A DNA stretch of 64,000 bases from Burkholderiales bacterium. Lineage in GTDB: Bacteria; Pseudomonadota; Gammaproteobacteria; Burkholderiales; SG8-39. The stretch spans positions 286,615 through 350,614 of the forward strand of contig JAVQZY010000020.1 in the NCBI GenBank assembly GCA_033582675.1. The letters run 5' to 3'. Below, in pieces: positions 18,216-27,575 of the stretch; the first letter of the stretch is position 1; every line of letters starts with the position of its first letter. Under the pieces are notes generated by a model. The model was not told the DNA's origin and did not search any database. It was given only the letters and a program-made list of their open reading frames with translations. The position numbers and the translations under genes were made by a program.

Positions 18216-19295
18216 TCAGGCGCCTTGCGCGAGCCGCTCGAGGCGCGCGCGCTCGACGCCGAGCTTCGCGCCCGCCGCGACGATTTCCTCCCAGGTAGCG
18301 GAATCCACCGGGATCCCTTCACGCTCGCGCTGCGCGCGCGCCTCGCGCTCCGGCTCGCCCGCGATCCTCACCTTGTCGAAGCCGAGCGCGACCGGCGAGC
18401 GGCGCAGCGAGTCGAGAAACGCTCGCGTTTCGGCGGCGAACGCCTCGGCCGTGCCGAGCCGCGTCGGGTCGATGAGGATCGTGAGCATGCCGTTCCAGAC
18501 GCGGCGCTTCGACTTGTCGTCCGAATGCCAGGTGCCCCCGCCGGTGAGCGCCCCGCCGAGCAGTTCGCACGCGACCGCGAGCCCGTAGCCCTTGTGCAGC
18601 CCGAAGGTGCGCAGCGCGCCGAACGGCTCGACGACGCCGTAGCGCGGATCCGAGGTCGGGTTGCCCTTGTCGTCGAGCAGCCAATCGGGATCGACGCGCT
18701 CGCCCTTGTTGTAGGCAACGCGGATCTTGCCCTGCGCGACGGCGCTTGTGGCCATGTCGAGGATGAACGGCGGCTCGCCCGGAAGCGGAATCCCGACCGC
18801 GAAGGGATTCGTTCCGAAACGCGCGTCCGACCCCCCGTAGGGGGCGACGATCGCGCGCGAGAGGACGTTCACGAAGTGGATCGAGACGAGGCCGGCGGCC
18901 ACCGCCTGCTCGGCCCACTGGCCGATCCTGCACAGATGGTGCGCGCGCGCGAGCGCCATCACGCAAAGGCCGTGCTCGCGCGCGCGCTCGATCGCGATCT
19001 GCATCGCCTCGAGCCCCACCACCTGCCCGTAGCCCATTCTGCCGTCCAGCGCGAGCATCGCGCCGCCGTCGAACGTGACTTCGGGATGCTGGTTGACTTT
19101 CAGCCCGCCCTCGAGGAGCGCGTCCACGTAGCGCGGGATCATGCCGACGCCGTGCGAATCGTGCCCGGCGAGGTTCGCGGTGACGAGGTTTTCGGCGACG
19201 AGGCGCGCTTCGCGCGCGTCGCTTCCGCCGGCGGCGACGATCGCCTCGATCGCGCGCGCGAGCGCCGGCGCGCGGAAGACGCGTTCTTCGTTCAC
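18216..19295 (-). CDS. Ldh2-family (malate/L-lactate/ureidoglycolate-type) dehydrogenase.
   Basis: GTG at 19293-19295 opens VNEERVF... Motifs include NLAGHDSHGVGMIPRYV, GTNPFAVGIP and HKGYGLAVACELLGGALTG. It starts 6 nt after the Bug gene stop. Confidence 0.85.
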   Translation of the reverse strand: MNEERVFRAPALARAIEAIVAAGGSDAREARLVAENLVTANLAGHDSHGVGMIPRYVDALLEGGLKVNQHPEVTFDGGAMLALDGRMGYGQVVGLEAMQIAIERAREHGLCVMALARAHHLCRIGQWAEQAVAAGLVSIHFVNVLSRAIVAPYGGSDARFGTNPFAVGIPLPGEPPFILDMATSAVAQGKIRVAYNKGERVDPDWLLDDKGNPTSDPRYGVVEPFGALRTFGLHKGYGLAVACELLGGALTGGGTWHSDDKSKRRVWNGMLTILIDPTRLGTAEAFAAETRAFLDSLRRSPVALGFDKVRIAGEPEREARAQREREGIPVDSATWEEIVAAGAKLGVERARLERLAQGA

Positions 19296-19300
19296 GCGGC

Positions 19301-20269
19301 TCAGTCCGGCTTGATGTTGCCGCGCTCGACGACTTTCGCCCAGCGCTCGATCTCGGCCTTCATGAACGCGGCGAACTCCTCGGGCGTGCTCGCCACCACG
19401 TCGAAGCCGATCTGCTGCATGCGCTCGCGAACGTCCGGGGAACGCAGCGCTCGCACCACCGCCTCGTTCAGCCGCGCGACCACCGGCGCCGGCGTCTTCG
19501 CGGGCGCCGCCACCGCCTGCCACGACGTGACCACGAGATCGGGGAATCCCGCCTCGGCCGCGGTCGGCACGTTGGGCAGCTGCGGGTGCCGCTCGCGCGC
19601 GGTGACGGCGAGCGCCTTCATCCGTCCGCCGCGGATGTAGGTCGTCACCGCCCCGAGGTTCTGGAACGAAAAATCGACCTGCCCGCCCATCAAGTCGGTC
19701 TGGCAGGCGGCGCCGCCCCGGTAGGGCACGTGCACCGCGAAGATGCCCGCCTGCTGCTTGAACACCTCGCCCGTCAGGTGGTCGGAAGAGCCCGAGCCGC
19801 TCGAGCAGTAGGAGAGTCGTCCCGGGTTTTTCTTCGCGTGCGCGACCAGCTCTTTCATCGTCGCGACCGGCAGGTCCGGGCGCGTCACGAGCACGTTCGG
19901 GGTCGTCACCGCGAGCGAAATCGGCGCAAAATCGCGCACCGGGTGATAGCGCAGGTCCTTGAAGAGCGCCGCGTTGATCGAAAAGACTCCGATCGAGCCG
20001 ACGAGGATGGTGTAGCCGTCGGGCTCGGCCTTCGCGACGAACTCGGCGGCGATCGCCCCGTTTGCGCCGGGTCGGTTCTCGACCACCGCCGGCTGGCCGA
20101 GATACTCCTGGAACTTTCCGCCGATCGCCCGCCCGACGATGTCGGAGGAGCCGCCGGCGACGAAGGGGATGATGACGCGGATCGGTTTCGCCGGAAAACC
20201 CTGCGCGAGCGTCGCGCCCGCGGCCGCGGCGCCGACGAGCGCCGCGGCGATTCGCACCAGCCGGTTCAT
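19301..20269 (-). CDS. Bug/TctC-family tripartite tricarboxylate transporter substrate-binding protein.
   Basis: Signal peptide; FPAKPIRVIIPFVAGGSSD..VVENRPGANG..DGYTILVG. Confidence 0.9.
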   Translation of the reverse strand: MNRLVRIAAALVGAAAAGATLAQGFPAKPIRVIIPFVAGGSSDIVGRAIGGKFQEYLGQPAVVENRPGANGAIAAEFVAKAEPDGYTILVGSIGVFSINAALFKDLRYHPVRDFAPISLAVTTPNVLVTRPDLPVATMKELVAHAKKNPGRLSYCSSGSGSSDHLTGEVFKQQAGIFAVHVPYRGGAACQTDLMGGQVDFSFQNLGAVTTYIRGGRMKALAVTARERHPQLPNVPTAAEAGFPDLVVTSWQAVAAPAKTPAPVVARLNEAVVRALRSPDVRERMQQIGFDVVASTPEEFAAFMKAEIERWAKVVERGNIKPD

Positions 20270-20308
20270 GTTTCGCCTCCCCGGTTTCCTCGCTCGGAGC
20301 GGCGAGTT

Positions 20309-20314
20309 TACAAT
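20309..20314 (+). promoter_or_regulatory. Candidate -10 hexamer TACAAT.
   Basis: Part of the same 13-mer GCGAGTTTACAAT (20302-20314), 32 nt before ATG 20347. Confidence 0.4.
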
Positions 20315-20346
20315 GCCGCGCTCCGCATCCGCGCTTTATCGTTCCG

Positions 20347-21120
20347 ATGGAGCTGCCCCCGAATCCGCTCAAGCGCGCGCTCGCCGCCGGCCGCGTGCAG
20401 ATCGGCCTGTGGTCGAGCCTTGCGTCGAACTACTCGGTCGAGGTGATCGCCGGCGCCGGTTTCGACTGGATCCTGCTCGACATGGAGCATTCGCCGAACG
20501 ATCTGGCGTCGGTGCTCGCGCAGCTTCAGGCCACGGCTGCCTATCCGGTCGCGCCGATGGTGCGCGTACCCTGGAACGACCCGGTCGTCATCAAGCGGGT
20601 GCTCGACCTCGGCGTGCAGTCGCTCCTCGTCCCCTACGTGAATTCGCCCGAGGAGGCGCGCGCCGCGGTCGCCGCGACCCGCTATCCGCCGGCCGGCGTG
20701 CGCGGGATGGCCGGCACCACGCGCGCGACGCGCTTCGGACGCATCCGCGACTACGCGCGCCGCGCGCACGAGGAGCTCTGCCTCGTCGTGCAGGCGGAGA
20801 CGAAGGCGGCGCTCGATCAGCTCGAGGCGATCTGCGCGGTCGAGGGCGTGGACGGCGTCTTCATCGGCCCGGCGGACCTTCACGCCTCGCTCGGCTATCC
20901 GGGCGAAACCGCGAACCCGGCGGTGATGCCGGCGATCGAGCAGGCGATCCGGCGCATCCGCGCTAGCGGCAAGGCGCCCGGGTACCTCTCGCCGGTCGAA
21001 GCGGACGCAAGGCGCATGATCGCCGCAGGCGCGCAACTCGTCGCCGTCGGCTCGGATGTGGCGCTCCTTGCGCGCGGCGCGGAGGCCTTGCGCGCGAAAT
21101 TCGCAGAAGGTGCGCGATGA
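20347..21120 (+). CDS. HpcH/HpaI-family 2-keto-3-deoxy-acid aldolase.
   Basis: 257 aa with GLWSSLASNYSVEVIAGAGFDWILLDMEHSPND..MVRVPWNDPVVIKRVLDLG..QAET..GVFIGPADL. Confidence 0.88.
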   Translation: MELPPNPLKRALAAGRVQIGLWSSLASNYSVEVIAGAGFDWILLDMEHSPNDLASVLAQLQATAAYPVAPMVRVPWNDPVVIKRVLDLGVQSLLVPYVNSPEEARAAVAATRYPPAGVRGMAGTTRATRFGRIRDYARRAHEELCLVVQAETKAALDQLEAICAVEGVDGVFIGPADLHASLGYPGETANPAVMPAIEQAIRRIRASGKAPGYLSPVEADARRMIAAGAQLVAVGSDVALLARGAEALRAKFAEGAR

Positions 21121-22056
21121 AGCCCGTGGTGCTCGTCACCGGCCCGATCTTTCCGAAGACGCGCGAGATCCTCGAGCGCGAATTCACTTGCCACCGCCTC
21201 TACGAGGCGACCGACCGCGCGGCGTTGCTGAAGGAAGTCGGACGCGAGGTGCGAGGGCTCGCCACCTTCGGCCCGTGGGGGGCGGATGCGGCGCTGATCG
21301 ATGCGCTGCCCGCGCTCGAGATCATCTCGAATTTCGGCGTCGGCGTGGATGCGATCGATCTCGAGGCAGCCAGGCGCCGCGGCATCGTCGTCACCAACAC
21401 GCCGGAGGTGCTCGACGACTGCGTCGCCGACACAGCGATCGCCCTGGTGCTCAATACGCTGCGGCGCTTTCCGCAGGCGGAGAGGTGGCTTCGCTCGGGC
21501 CACTGGGCGAGCCGGGGCGCCTATCCGCTTGCGACCGCCCTGCGCGGAAAGACGATGGGCGTGCTCGGCCTCGGGCGCATCGGCGAGGCGATCGCAAGGC
21601 GCGCGCTCGCCTTCGGCATGAAGGTGCGCTACCACAACCGCCGGCCGAAGGCGGTCGCGTACCCCTACGACCCCGACCCGGTGACGCTCGCGAAGAATTC
21701 CGACGTGCTCGTGGTGGCGACACCCGGCGGCCCCGAGACCCGAGGGCTCGTCGACGCGCGCGTGCTCGATGCGCTCGGGCCCGAGGGCTACCTCGTCAAC
21801 ATCTCGCGCGGCTCTGTGGTGGACGAGCCGGTGCTGCTCGCCTACCTCAAGGCGGGAAAGATCGCAGGCGCCGGGCTCGACGTGTTCGACAACGAACCGA
21901 ACATCGACCCCGAGTGGTTCGCGCTCGAGAACGCGGTCGCTGCTGCCGCACGTCGGCAGCGCCACCGTCGAGACGCGCACCGCGATGGGGATGCTGCAGA
22001 TCGAGAACCTGCGCCTTCACTTCGCCGGAAAGCCGGTGAAGACGCCGGTCGTCTGA
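21117..22056 (+). pseudogene. D-isomer-specific 2-hydroxyacid dehydrogenase (GhrA-like), with a single 1-nt frame disruption near 21937.
   Basis: GVLGLGRIGEAIARR NAD motif. The frame is lost at gcggtcgctgctgccgcac. The conserved tail [28 protein letters not shown] lies in ORF 21769..22056. Confidence 0.85.
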
Positions 22057-22067
22057 GGCGCGCGAGC

Positions 22068-22092
22068 GCGCCGCACCCCGGGCGTGCGGCGC
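22068..22092. terminator. Perfect 9-bp GC hairpin between convergent genes.
   Basis: GCGCCGCAC-cccgggc-GTGCGGCGC, between stop 22056 (+) and stop 22109 (-). Confidence 0.5.
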
Positions 22093-22108
22093 GGTGACGC
22101 TCGGAACG

Positions 22109-23098
22109 CTACTCGACCTTCGCGCCCGAGGCCTTCACCACCTTCGCCCACTTCGCGATCTCGGCCTGGATGTGCGCGGCGAACTCTTCGGGCGTGCCGG
22201 GTGCCGCGATCGCGCCCTGCTGGTCGAACTTTTCGCGCACGTCCGGCATCGCGAGGATGCGGTTCACCTCCTGGTTCAAGCGGGCGACGATCTCGCGCGG
22301 GGTTTTTGCCGGCACCATGATCCCGAACCAGGCGCTCGACTCGTAGCCGGGTACCCCCGCCTCCTGCATCGTCGGAAGGTCGGGCAGCCCGGGGTAGCGC
22401 TGCGCGGTCGTGATCGCGAGCGCGCGCAGCTTTCCGCTCTTGATGTGCGGCATCGAGGGCGGGAGGTTATCGAACATCACCGACACCTGCCCGCCGAGCA
22501 GGTCGGTGAGCGCGGGGGCGCTGCCCTTGTACGGCACGTGCACGATGTCCACGCCGGTGAGCATCTTGAACAGCTCCCCCGACATGTGGATCGAGGTGCC
22601 GGTGCCGGAAGACGCGAAGTTGATCTTTCCGGGGTTCGCCTTCGCGTAGTCGATGAACTCGCGCACCGTACGCGCCGGGACCGCCGGATTCACCACCATC
22701 ACGTTCGGCACGCGGGCGACCAGCGCGACCGGCGCAAGATCGCGCATCAGCGCGTAGCCGAGCTTCGGGTAGAGCGTCTCGCTGATCGACTGCGCGACCG
22801 TCACCATGAGGAGCGTATAGCCGTCGGGCGCGGATTTGGCGACGAACTCGGTGCCGACGTTGCCGGCCGCCCCGGGGCGGTTTTCGACCACCACCGACTG
22901 GCCGAGCGCAGGGCCCAGCTTGTCGGCGACGATGCGCGCGAGGATGTCGGTCGCCCCCGCCGGCGGAAACGGCACGATGTAGCGGATCGGTTTCGACGGC
23001 CAGGCCTGCGCGAGTGCCGCCCCGGGCAGCGCGGCGAGGGCGACGAACGAAGCGAGCGCCGCGGCAAGGCGCGGCGCGAATGCGCGGACGAATCTCAT
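22109..23098 (-). CDS. Bug/TctC-family substrate-binding protein.
   Basis: ATG at 23096-23098 opens MRFVRAFAPRLAAALASFVALAAL. Motifs include WPSKPIRYIVPFPPAGATD and VVENRPGAAGN. A GGAGGAG SD lies upstream. Confidence 0.9.
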   Translation of the reverse strand: MRFVRAFAPRLAAALASFVALAALPGAALAQAWPSKPIRYIVPFPPAGATDILARIVADKLGPALGQSVVVENRPGAAGNVGTEFVAKSAPDGYTLLMVTVAQSISETLYPKLGYALMRDLAPVALVARVPNVMVVNPAVPARTVREFIDYAKANPGKINFASSGTGTSIHMSGELFKMLTGVDIVHVPYKGSAPALTDLLGGQVSVMFDNLPPSMPHIKSGKLRALAITTAQRYPGLPDLPTMQEAGVPGYESSAWFGIMVPAKTPREIVARLNQEVNRILAMPDVREKFDQQGAIAAPGTPEEFAAHIQAEIAKWAKVVKASGAKVE

Positions 23099-23127
23099 GG
23101 GCTCCTCCTCGAATCGAGACGGCGACG

Positions 23128-23133
23128 ATTGTA
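23128..23133 (-). promoter_or_regulatory. Candidate -10 hexamer TACAAT (minus strand).
   Basis: attgta on the plus strand, about 30 nt upstream of ATG 23098, with an SD in between. Confidence 0.4.
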
Positions 23134-23151
23134 TCGCCCGCGCCGCCCGCT

Positions 23152-24711
23152 TCAGCCGAGCGTGAAGTAGAACGCGGCGCCCGCGCCGGGCGACGCCTCG
23201 GCCCAGACGCGGCCGCCGTGGCGCTCGACCACGCGCCGCACGATGGCGAGGCCGATGCCGGTGCCGGAGAACTCGCGCTCGGTGTGCAGCCGCTCGAAAG
23301 GCCGGAAAAGCTTTCCCGCATAGCGCATGTCGAAGCCGACGCCGTTGTCGCGCACGTACCAGGCGCCCTGTGCCGCGTCCCAGCCGAATTCGGCGCGCGG
23401 CTCGGCCACCCGACTCGAATACTTGAACGCGTTGTCGAGCAGGTTGAGGAGACAAAGCCGCACGAGCAGGGGATCGGCGCACGCGGGCGGCGTCTGCCCG
23501 ATCTCAAGGCGCGCCCGCGGATAGGCGGCGGCGAGCTCTGCCGCGATCGACGCGGCGAGCGCGCCCAGATCGAGCGGCTCGCGCCGCAGTCCGTGGCGGT
23601 TGACGCGCGCAAGCTCGAGCAAGTCGTCGACCAGCTGGCCCATGCGCCGGGCGTTGTCCTCGACCACCGCGAGCTTGCGTCGGCCTTCGCTCGAGAGCCG
23701 CTCGCCCTCGTCCTCGATCACCATGCGCGCGAACGCCCCCATCGCGCGCAACGGCGCGCGCAGGTCGTGCGACACCGAGTACGAGAACGACTCCAGCTCG
23801 GTGAGCGCCTCCTCGAGCTGCGCGGTGCGCTCGGCGACGCGGCGCTCGAGCTCGCGGTTGTGGTCGCGCAGCGCCGCCTCGGCGCGCTTGCGCTCGGTGA
23901 TGTCCACGCCGAACGTGAGCGTGCTGCCGTCCGAGAGCTTGCGATCGCTGACGAGCAGCCAGAGGCCGCCCTTCCGGCGCGTTTCGACCGGCGCCGAGCC
24001 GCGCCGGCGCCGCGCAAGCCGCTCGGCGAGCCAGGCCGCCTCCCGCCCTTCGGCTTCCGGGAACAGCCCGCGCTCGAGCCCTGCGCGCAGGTGCTCCTCG
24101 TAGCGGCGGCCGGGCTCGACGTACTCGGCCACCGCGGCGTTGATCTCGCGGAACCGGCGGTTCGCGACCACGATGCGGTCCTCGGCGTCGGCGATGCAGA
24201 TCGGCTCGTCCAAGTGCTCGACCGCCTCACGCAGCCGGCGGTCCGCCGCGGCTGCGAGCCGTTCGAGCTCGACCTGATGCGTCACGTCGCTGGCGACGCC
24301 GCGGTAGCCGCGAAAGACGCCGTCGCGGTCGAAATACGGAACGCCGCTCGTCTGCACCCAGCGCTCCTTGCCGTCCGGCCCGGTGACGCGGTAGCGGAAA
24401 TCGCGGAACGGTTCCCGCCGCGCGAGCGCCTCGAGGTGCGCGCGCCAGCGCGCGGAGCCGAGGTTCGCGTCATAGGCGATCTCGTCCCGGCGACGGCCGT
24501 AGAACGCCTGCGGTGCAAGCCCGGTCACCGCGGTGATCGAATCCGACATCCAAACGAACCGATGCTCGGCGTCGGTCTCCCAGAACCAGTCGGCCGAGGC
24601 GCGCGCGAAATCGTGCAGCCGTGCCTCGCTCTCGGACCGCTCGTTCTCCGCTGCACGCGGCGCAGGGCGAGCCGCGTACGCCGCCCTCGGATCGGTGCTC
24701 GCGTCCTGCAT
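23152..24711 (-). CDS. Cytoplasmic PAS/PAC sensor histidine kinase with no adjacent response regulator.
   Basis: Two PAS-like segments (DWFWETDAEHRFVWMSD; ICIADAEDRIVVANRRF), H-box SFSYSVSHDLRAPLR, and N/G boxes (LLDNAFKY, DNGVGFD, GTGIGLAIV). Confidence 0.88.
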   Translation of the reverse strand: MQDASTDPRAAYAARPAPRAAENERSESEARLHDFARASADWFWETDAEHRFVWMSDSITAVTGLAPQAFYGRRRDEIAYDANLGSARWRAHLEALARREPFRDFRYRVTGPDGKERWVQTSGVPYFDRDGVFRGYRGVASDVTHQVELERLAAAADRRLREAVEHLDEPICIADAEDRIVVANRRFREINAAVAEYVEPGRRYEEHLRAGLERGLFPEAEGREAAWLAERLARRRRGSAPVETRRKGGLWLLVSDRKLSDGSTLTFGVDITERKRAEAALRDHNRELERRVAERTAQLEEALTELESFSYSVSHDLRAPLRAMGAFARMVIEDEGERLSSEGRRKLAVVEDNARRMGQLVDDLLELARVNRHGLRREPLDLGALAASIAAELAAAYPRARLEIGQTPPACADPLLVRLCLLNLLDNAFKYSSRVAEPRAEFGWDAAQGAWYVRDNGVGFDMRYAGKLFRPFERLHTEREFSGTGIGLAIVRRVVERHGGRVWAEASPGAGAAFYFTLG

Positions 24712-24734
24712 CCGCCCCGCGCCCGGTGCGACCC

Positions 24735-25124
24735 TCAGACGGGCGCCGGTTCGGCGGCGTCGAAGTCGATCTCGACCTTCGCCCCGTTCGGGTCGTAAAA
24801 GAAAAGCTGCCAGGTGCCGTAGGCGGGGAGTCTTCGCAGCTCGTACGGCACCCCGCGCGCTTTCAGACGCGCGACCGTTTTCGCCAGATCCTTGCCGGTG
24901 AAGGCCATGTGATCGATCACCCCGGGTACCAGCTCCCGCCGCGGCCGTCCGGCGATGACATGCAGGATCGCCTCGGTGCCGCCCTCGGCGTAGAGCCAGG
25001 CGCCCGGAAACGCAAACGGCGGCCGCGGGCCGGGCTTGAGCCCCAGATGCTCCTCGTAGAACGCGAGCGTCGCCGCCAGATCGTCGGTGAGGATCGTGAA
25101 GTGGTTCATCCCGACCGCGCTCAT
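24735..25124 (-). CDS. VOC (glyoxalase/bleomycin-resistance/dioxygenase) family protein.
   Basis: 129 aa: MNHFTILTDDLAATLAFYEEHLGL..IDHMAF..FFYDPNGAKVEIDF. ATG at 25122-25124. Confidence 0.8.
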   Translation of the reverse strand: MSAVGMNHFTILTDDLAATLAFYEEHLGLKPGPRPPFAFPGAWLYAEGGTEAILHVIAGRPRRELVPGVIDHMAFTGKDLAKTVARLKARGVPYELRRLPAYGTWQLFFYDPNGAKVEIDFDAAEPAPV

Positions 25125-25566
25125 CGTCCGCCCCCTACGCCTTCGTCGCGCCCGTCTGTGCCTGCCGCACGCGCTCGAGCACCCTCCTCTTGCCGATCTC
25201 GCTCCGCAGCCTCGTCCGCGCAAGCCGCGTGATCGCCACCACGCCGAGCCGCGGGAGGCGAGCCGGGGTCGGTCCTTTGGTAGTCGAGGATGCCGTGCAC
25301 CGCGAGCCGGGCGCCCTGCTTCGTGATGCACAGCTGCTTGGGCACGGCGCCTCCTTCACCGGGAGCCGGCAGGCGACCCGGTCGAGGGGATGATGAGCGC
25401 GCTGACGACGAGCGCCTGCGCAGCGACCTCCTGCTCGGCCAAAGCGGCCGCCGCGCCGATGGCCGCGACGCCGAAAGAGCAGGACGAACGTTCCGGTCAG
25501 CATTACGACGTCTGGCCGAAGACCGCCCACACGAGCGCCGGATCGAGTTCGCCCATCGGGCTAATT

Positions 25567-25572
25567 TAGAAT
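25567..25572 (+). promoter_or_regulatory. Candidate -10 hexamer TAGAAT.
   Basis: It ends 9 nt before ATG 25582 and no SD is visible, which suggests a leaderless mRNA. Confidence 0.4.
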
Positions 25573-25581
25573 CCGCCGCGC

Positions 25582-26382
25582 ATGGACGCAACCGCGATCG
25601 CCGCGGAGCTCGCGGCGCTGAACGAAAACGGCGGGCTCGCGCCGCCGTTTTCGCGCCGCGACCCGCCGCTAGCGCCCGCTTGCGCCGCCGCGGCCGCGCG
25701 ACGGCTTCACGAGCGGCGGCTCGCCGCCGGCTGGCGCCCGCGCGGGCGAAAGATCGGCTTCACCAACCGCACGCTCTGGCCGCGCTACGGCGTCTTCGAG
25801 CCGATCTGGGGGTTCGTGTACGACCGCACGCTGATCGAGGCGGCGCAAAACCGCGCCGTCGTTCCGCTCGCCGGTCTCGCGCAGCCGCGCATCGAGCCCG
25901 AGATCGCCTTCGGGCTGAAGCGCGCCCCGGCGGCCGCGGATCCGCACTCGCTCGTCGCCGCGATCGACTGGGTCGCGCACGCGGTCGAGATCGTGCAGTG
26001 CCATCACCCGGGCTGGGCGGTCGCGCTCGCGGATGCGATCGCCGACAACGGCCTGCACGGTCGACTGGTGCTCGGTGCGCCGATGCCGGCGCACGCGCTC
26101 GGCGATCTCGCCGCCTCGTTGCCCTCGGCGAGCGTCGAGCTGCGCCGCGACGAGGCGCTCGTCGAGCGCGGGCGCGGAGAAAACGTGCTCGGCAGCCCGC
26201 TTGCCGCGCTCGGCTGGCTCGTCGAGGCGCTCGCGCGCGATCCGCAAGCGCCGCCGCTCGCCGCTGGCGACGTGGTGAGCACCGGCACGCTCACCGACGC
26301 GCACCCGGTCGCCGCCGGCGAGCGCTGGAGGACGCGCTTCGACGGGATCGCGCTCCCCGGCCTCGAGATCGCGTTCGCATGA
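25582..26382 (+). CDS. 2-keto-4-pentenoate hydratase-like (MhpD/FAH-fold hydratase-decarboxylase family) protein.
   Basis: 266 aa with GRKIGFTNRTLW..RIEPEIAF..GDVVSTGTLT. Confidence 0.75.
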   Translation: MDATAIAAELAALNENGGLAPPFSRRDPPLAPACAAAAARRLHERRLAAGWRPRGRKIGFTNRTLWPRYGVFEPIWGFVYDRTLIEAAQNRAVVPLAGLAQPRIEPEIAFGLKRAPAAADPHSLVAAIDWVAHAVEIVQCHHPGWAVALADAIADNGLHGRLVLGAPMPAHALGDLAASLPSASVELRRDEALVERGRGENVLGSPLAALGWLVEALARDPQAPPLAAGDVVSTGTLTDAHPVAAGERWRTRFDGIALPGLEIAFA

Positions 26383-27566
26383 GCCGGCCGCTCGAGGGCA
26401 TCACGGTCGTCGGTCTCGAGCAAGTGATCGCCGCGCCGTTCTGCACGCGCCAGCTCGCTGATCTCGGTGCGCGCGTGATCAAGATCGAGCGGCCGGGCGA
26501 AGGCGACCCGGCGCGCAGCTACGACTGCACGGTGAACGGGCTTTCGTCGCACTTCGTCTGGGTGAACCGCTCGAAGGAGAGCCTCGCGCTCGACGCGAAG
26601 CACCCGCGCGCGGCCGAGATCCTCGAGCGGCTGCTTGCGCGCGCGGACGTCTTCGTGCAGAACCTCGCGCCGGGCGCCGCCGAGCGGCTGGGGCTGGGCG
26701 CCGAGCGCCTGCGCGCGAGATATCCGCGCCTCATCTGGTGCGGGATCTCGGGCTACGGCCCGGCGGGCCCGTACGCCGCGAAAAAGGCCTACGACCTGCT
26801 CGTTCAGTGCGAGACGGGGCTGCTTTCGGTCACCGGCACCCCGGAGGCGCCCGCCAAAGCGGGCATCCCGGTCGCCGACATCGCCGCCGGGATGTACGCG
26901 TTCTCCTCGATCCTCGCCGCGCTCTTTCGCCGGGCGCGCGAGGGCGAGGGTGCGACCATCGAGGTGACGATGTTCGAGGCGCTCGGCGAATGGATGGGAT
27001 TTCCGGTCTACTACACCGCCTACGGCGGCGAGCCGCCGCCGCGCTCAGGGGCGCATCACGCGACCATCGCCCCTTACGGGCCGTACCGCGCCGGCGACGG
27101 CCGCACGGTGTTTCTCGCGGTTCAGAACGAACGCGAGTTCGCGCGCTTCTGCGAGGGCGTGCTCGGCGAGCCGCGCCTGAAGGACGATCCGCGCTTTGCG
27201 ACCGGCCCGGCGCGGCAGGCGAATCGCGCCGCGCTCGCTGCCGAGATCGAACGGGTGTTCGCGCGCCTTTCCTCCGACGAGATCCTTCGCCGGCTGCAGG
27301 CGGCCGACATCGCCCACGCGGAGCTGCGCGACATGCGCGGGTTCTGGACGCACCCGCAACTTGCGGCGCGAGGGCGTCGCGTGCCGGTCGCTGCGCCCGG
27401 CGGCGGCTTCGAGGCGCTCAAACCGCCCTTCAACCTCGACCGGTTCGAGCCCCGCATGGACGCGGTGCCGGCGCTCGGCGCGCACACGCGCGCGATTCTC
27501 GCCGAACTCGGCTACGACGAGCCGACGATCGGCGCGCTCGCGGCCGAAGGCGCGGTCGCGCTTTAG
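26379..27566 (+). CDS. Family III (CaiB/BaiF) CoA-transferase.
   Basis: ATGA overlap at 26379-26382. MSRPLEGITVVGLEQVIAAPFCTRQLADLGARVIKIERPGEGD; 395 aa. Confidence 0.88.
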   Translation: MSRPLEGITVVGLEQVIAAPFCTRQLADLGARVIKIERPGEGDPARSYDCTVNGLSSHFVWVNRSKESLALDAKHPRAAEILERLLARADVFVQNLAPGAAERLGLGAERLRARYPRLIWCGISGYGPAGPYAAKKAYDLLVQCETGLLSVTGTPEAPAKAGIPVADIAAGMYAFSSILAALFRRAREGEGATIEVTMFEALGEWMGFPVYYTAYGGEPPPRSGAHHATIAPYGPYRAGDGRTVFLAVQNEREFARFCEGVLGEPRLKDDPRFATGPARQANRAALAAEIERVFARLSSDEILRRLQAADIAHAELRDMRGFWTHPQLAARGRRVPVAAPGGGFEALKPPFNLDRFEPRMDAVPALGAHTRAILAELGYDEPTIGALAAEGAVAL

Positions 27567-27575
27567 GGGCGCGTT

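Noticed and set aside
23152-24711. Pairing the orphan PAS histidine kinase with the stand-alone receiver at 51333..51722.
   Set aside because: The two genes are 27 kb apart, in unrelated operons, and nothing in the sequence links them. The pairing cannot be supported from this window.
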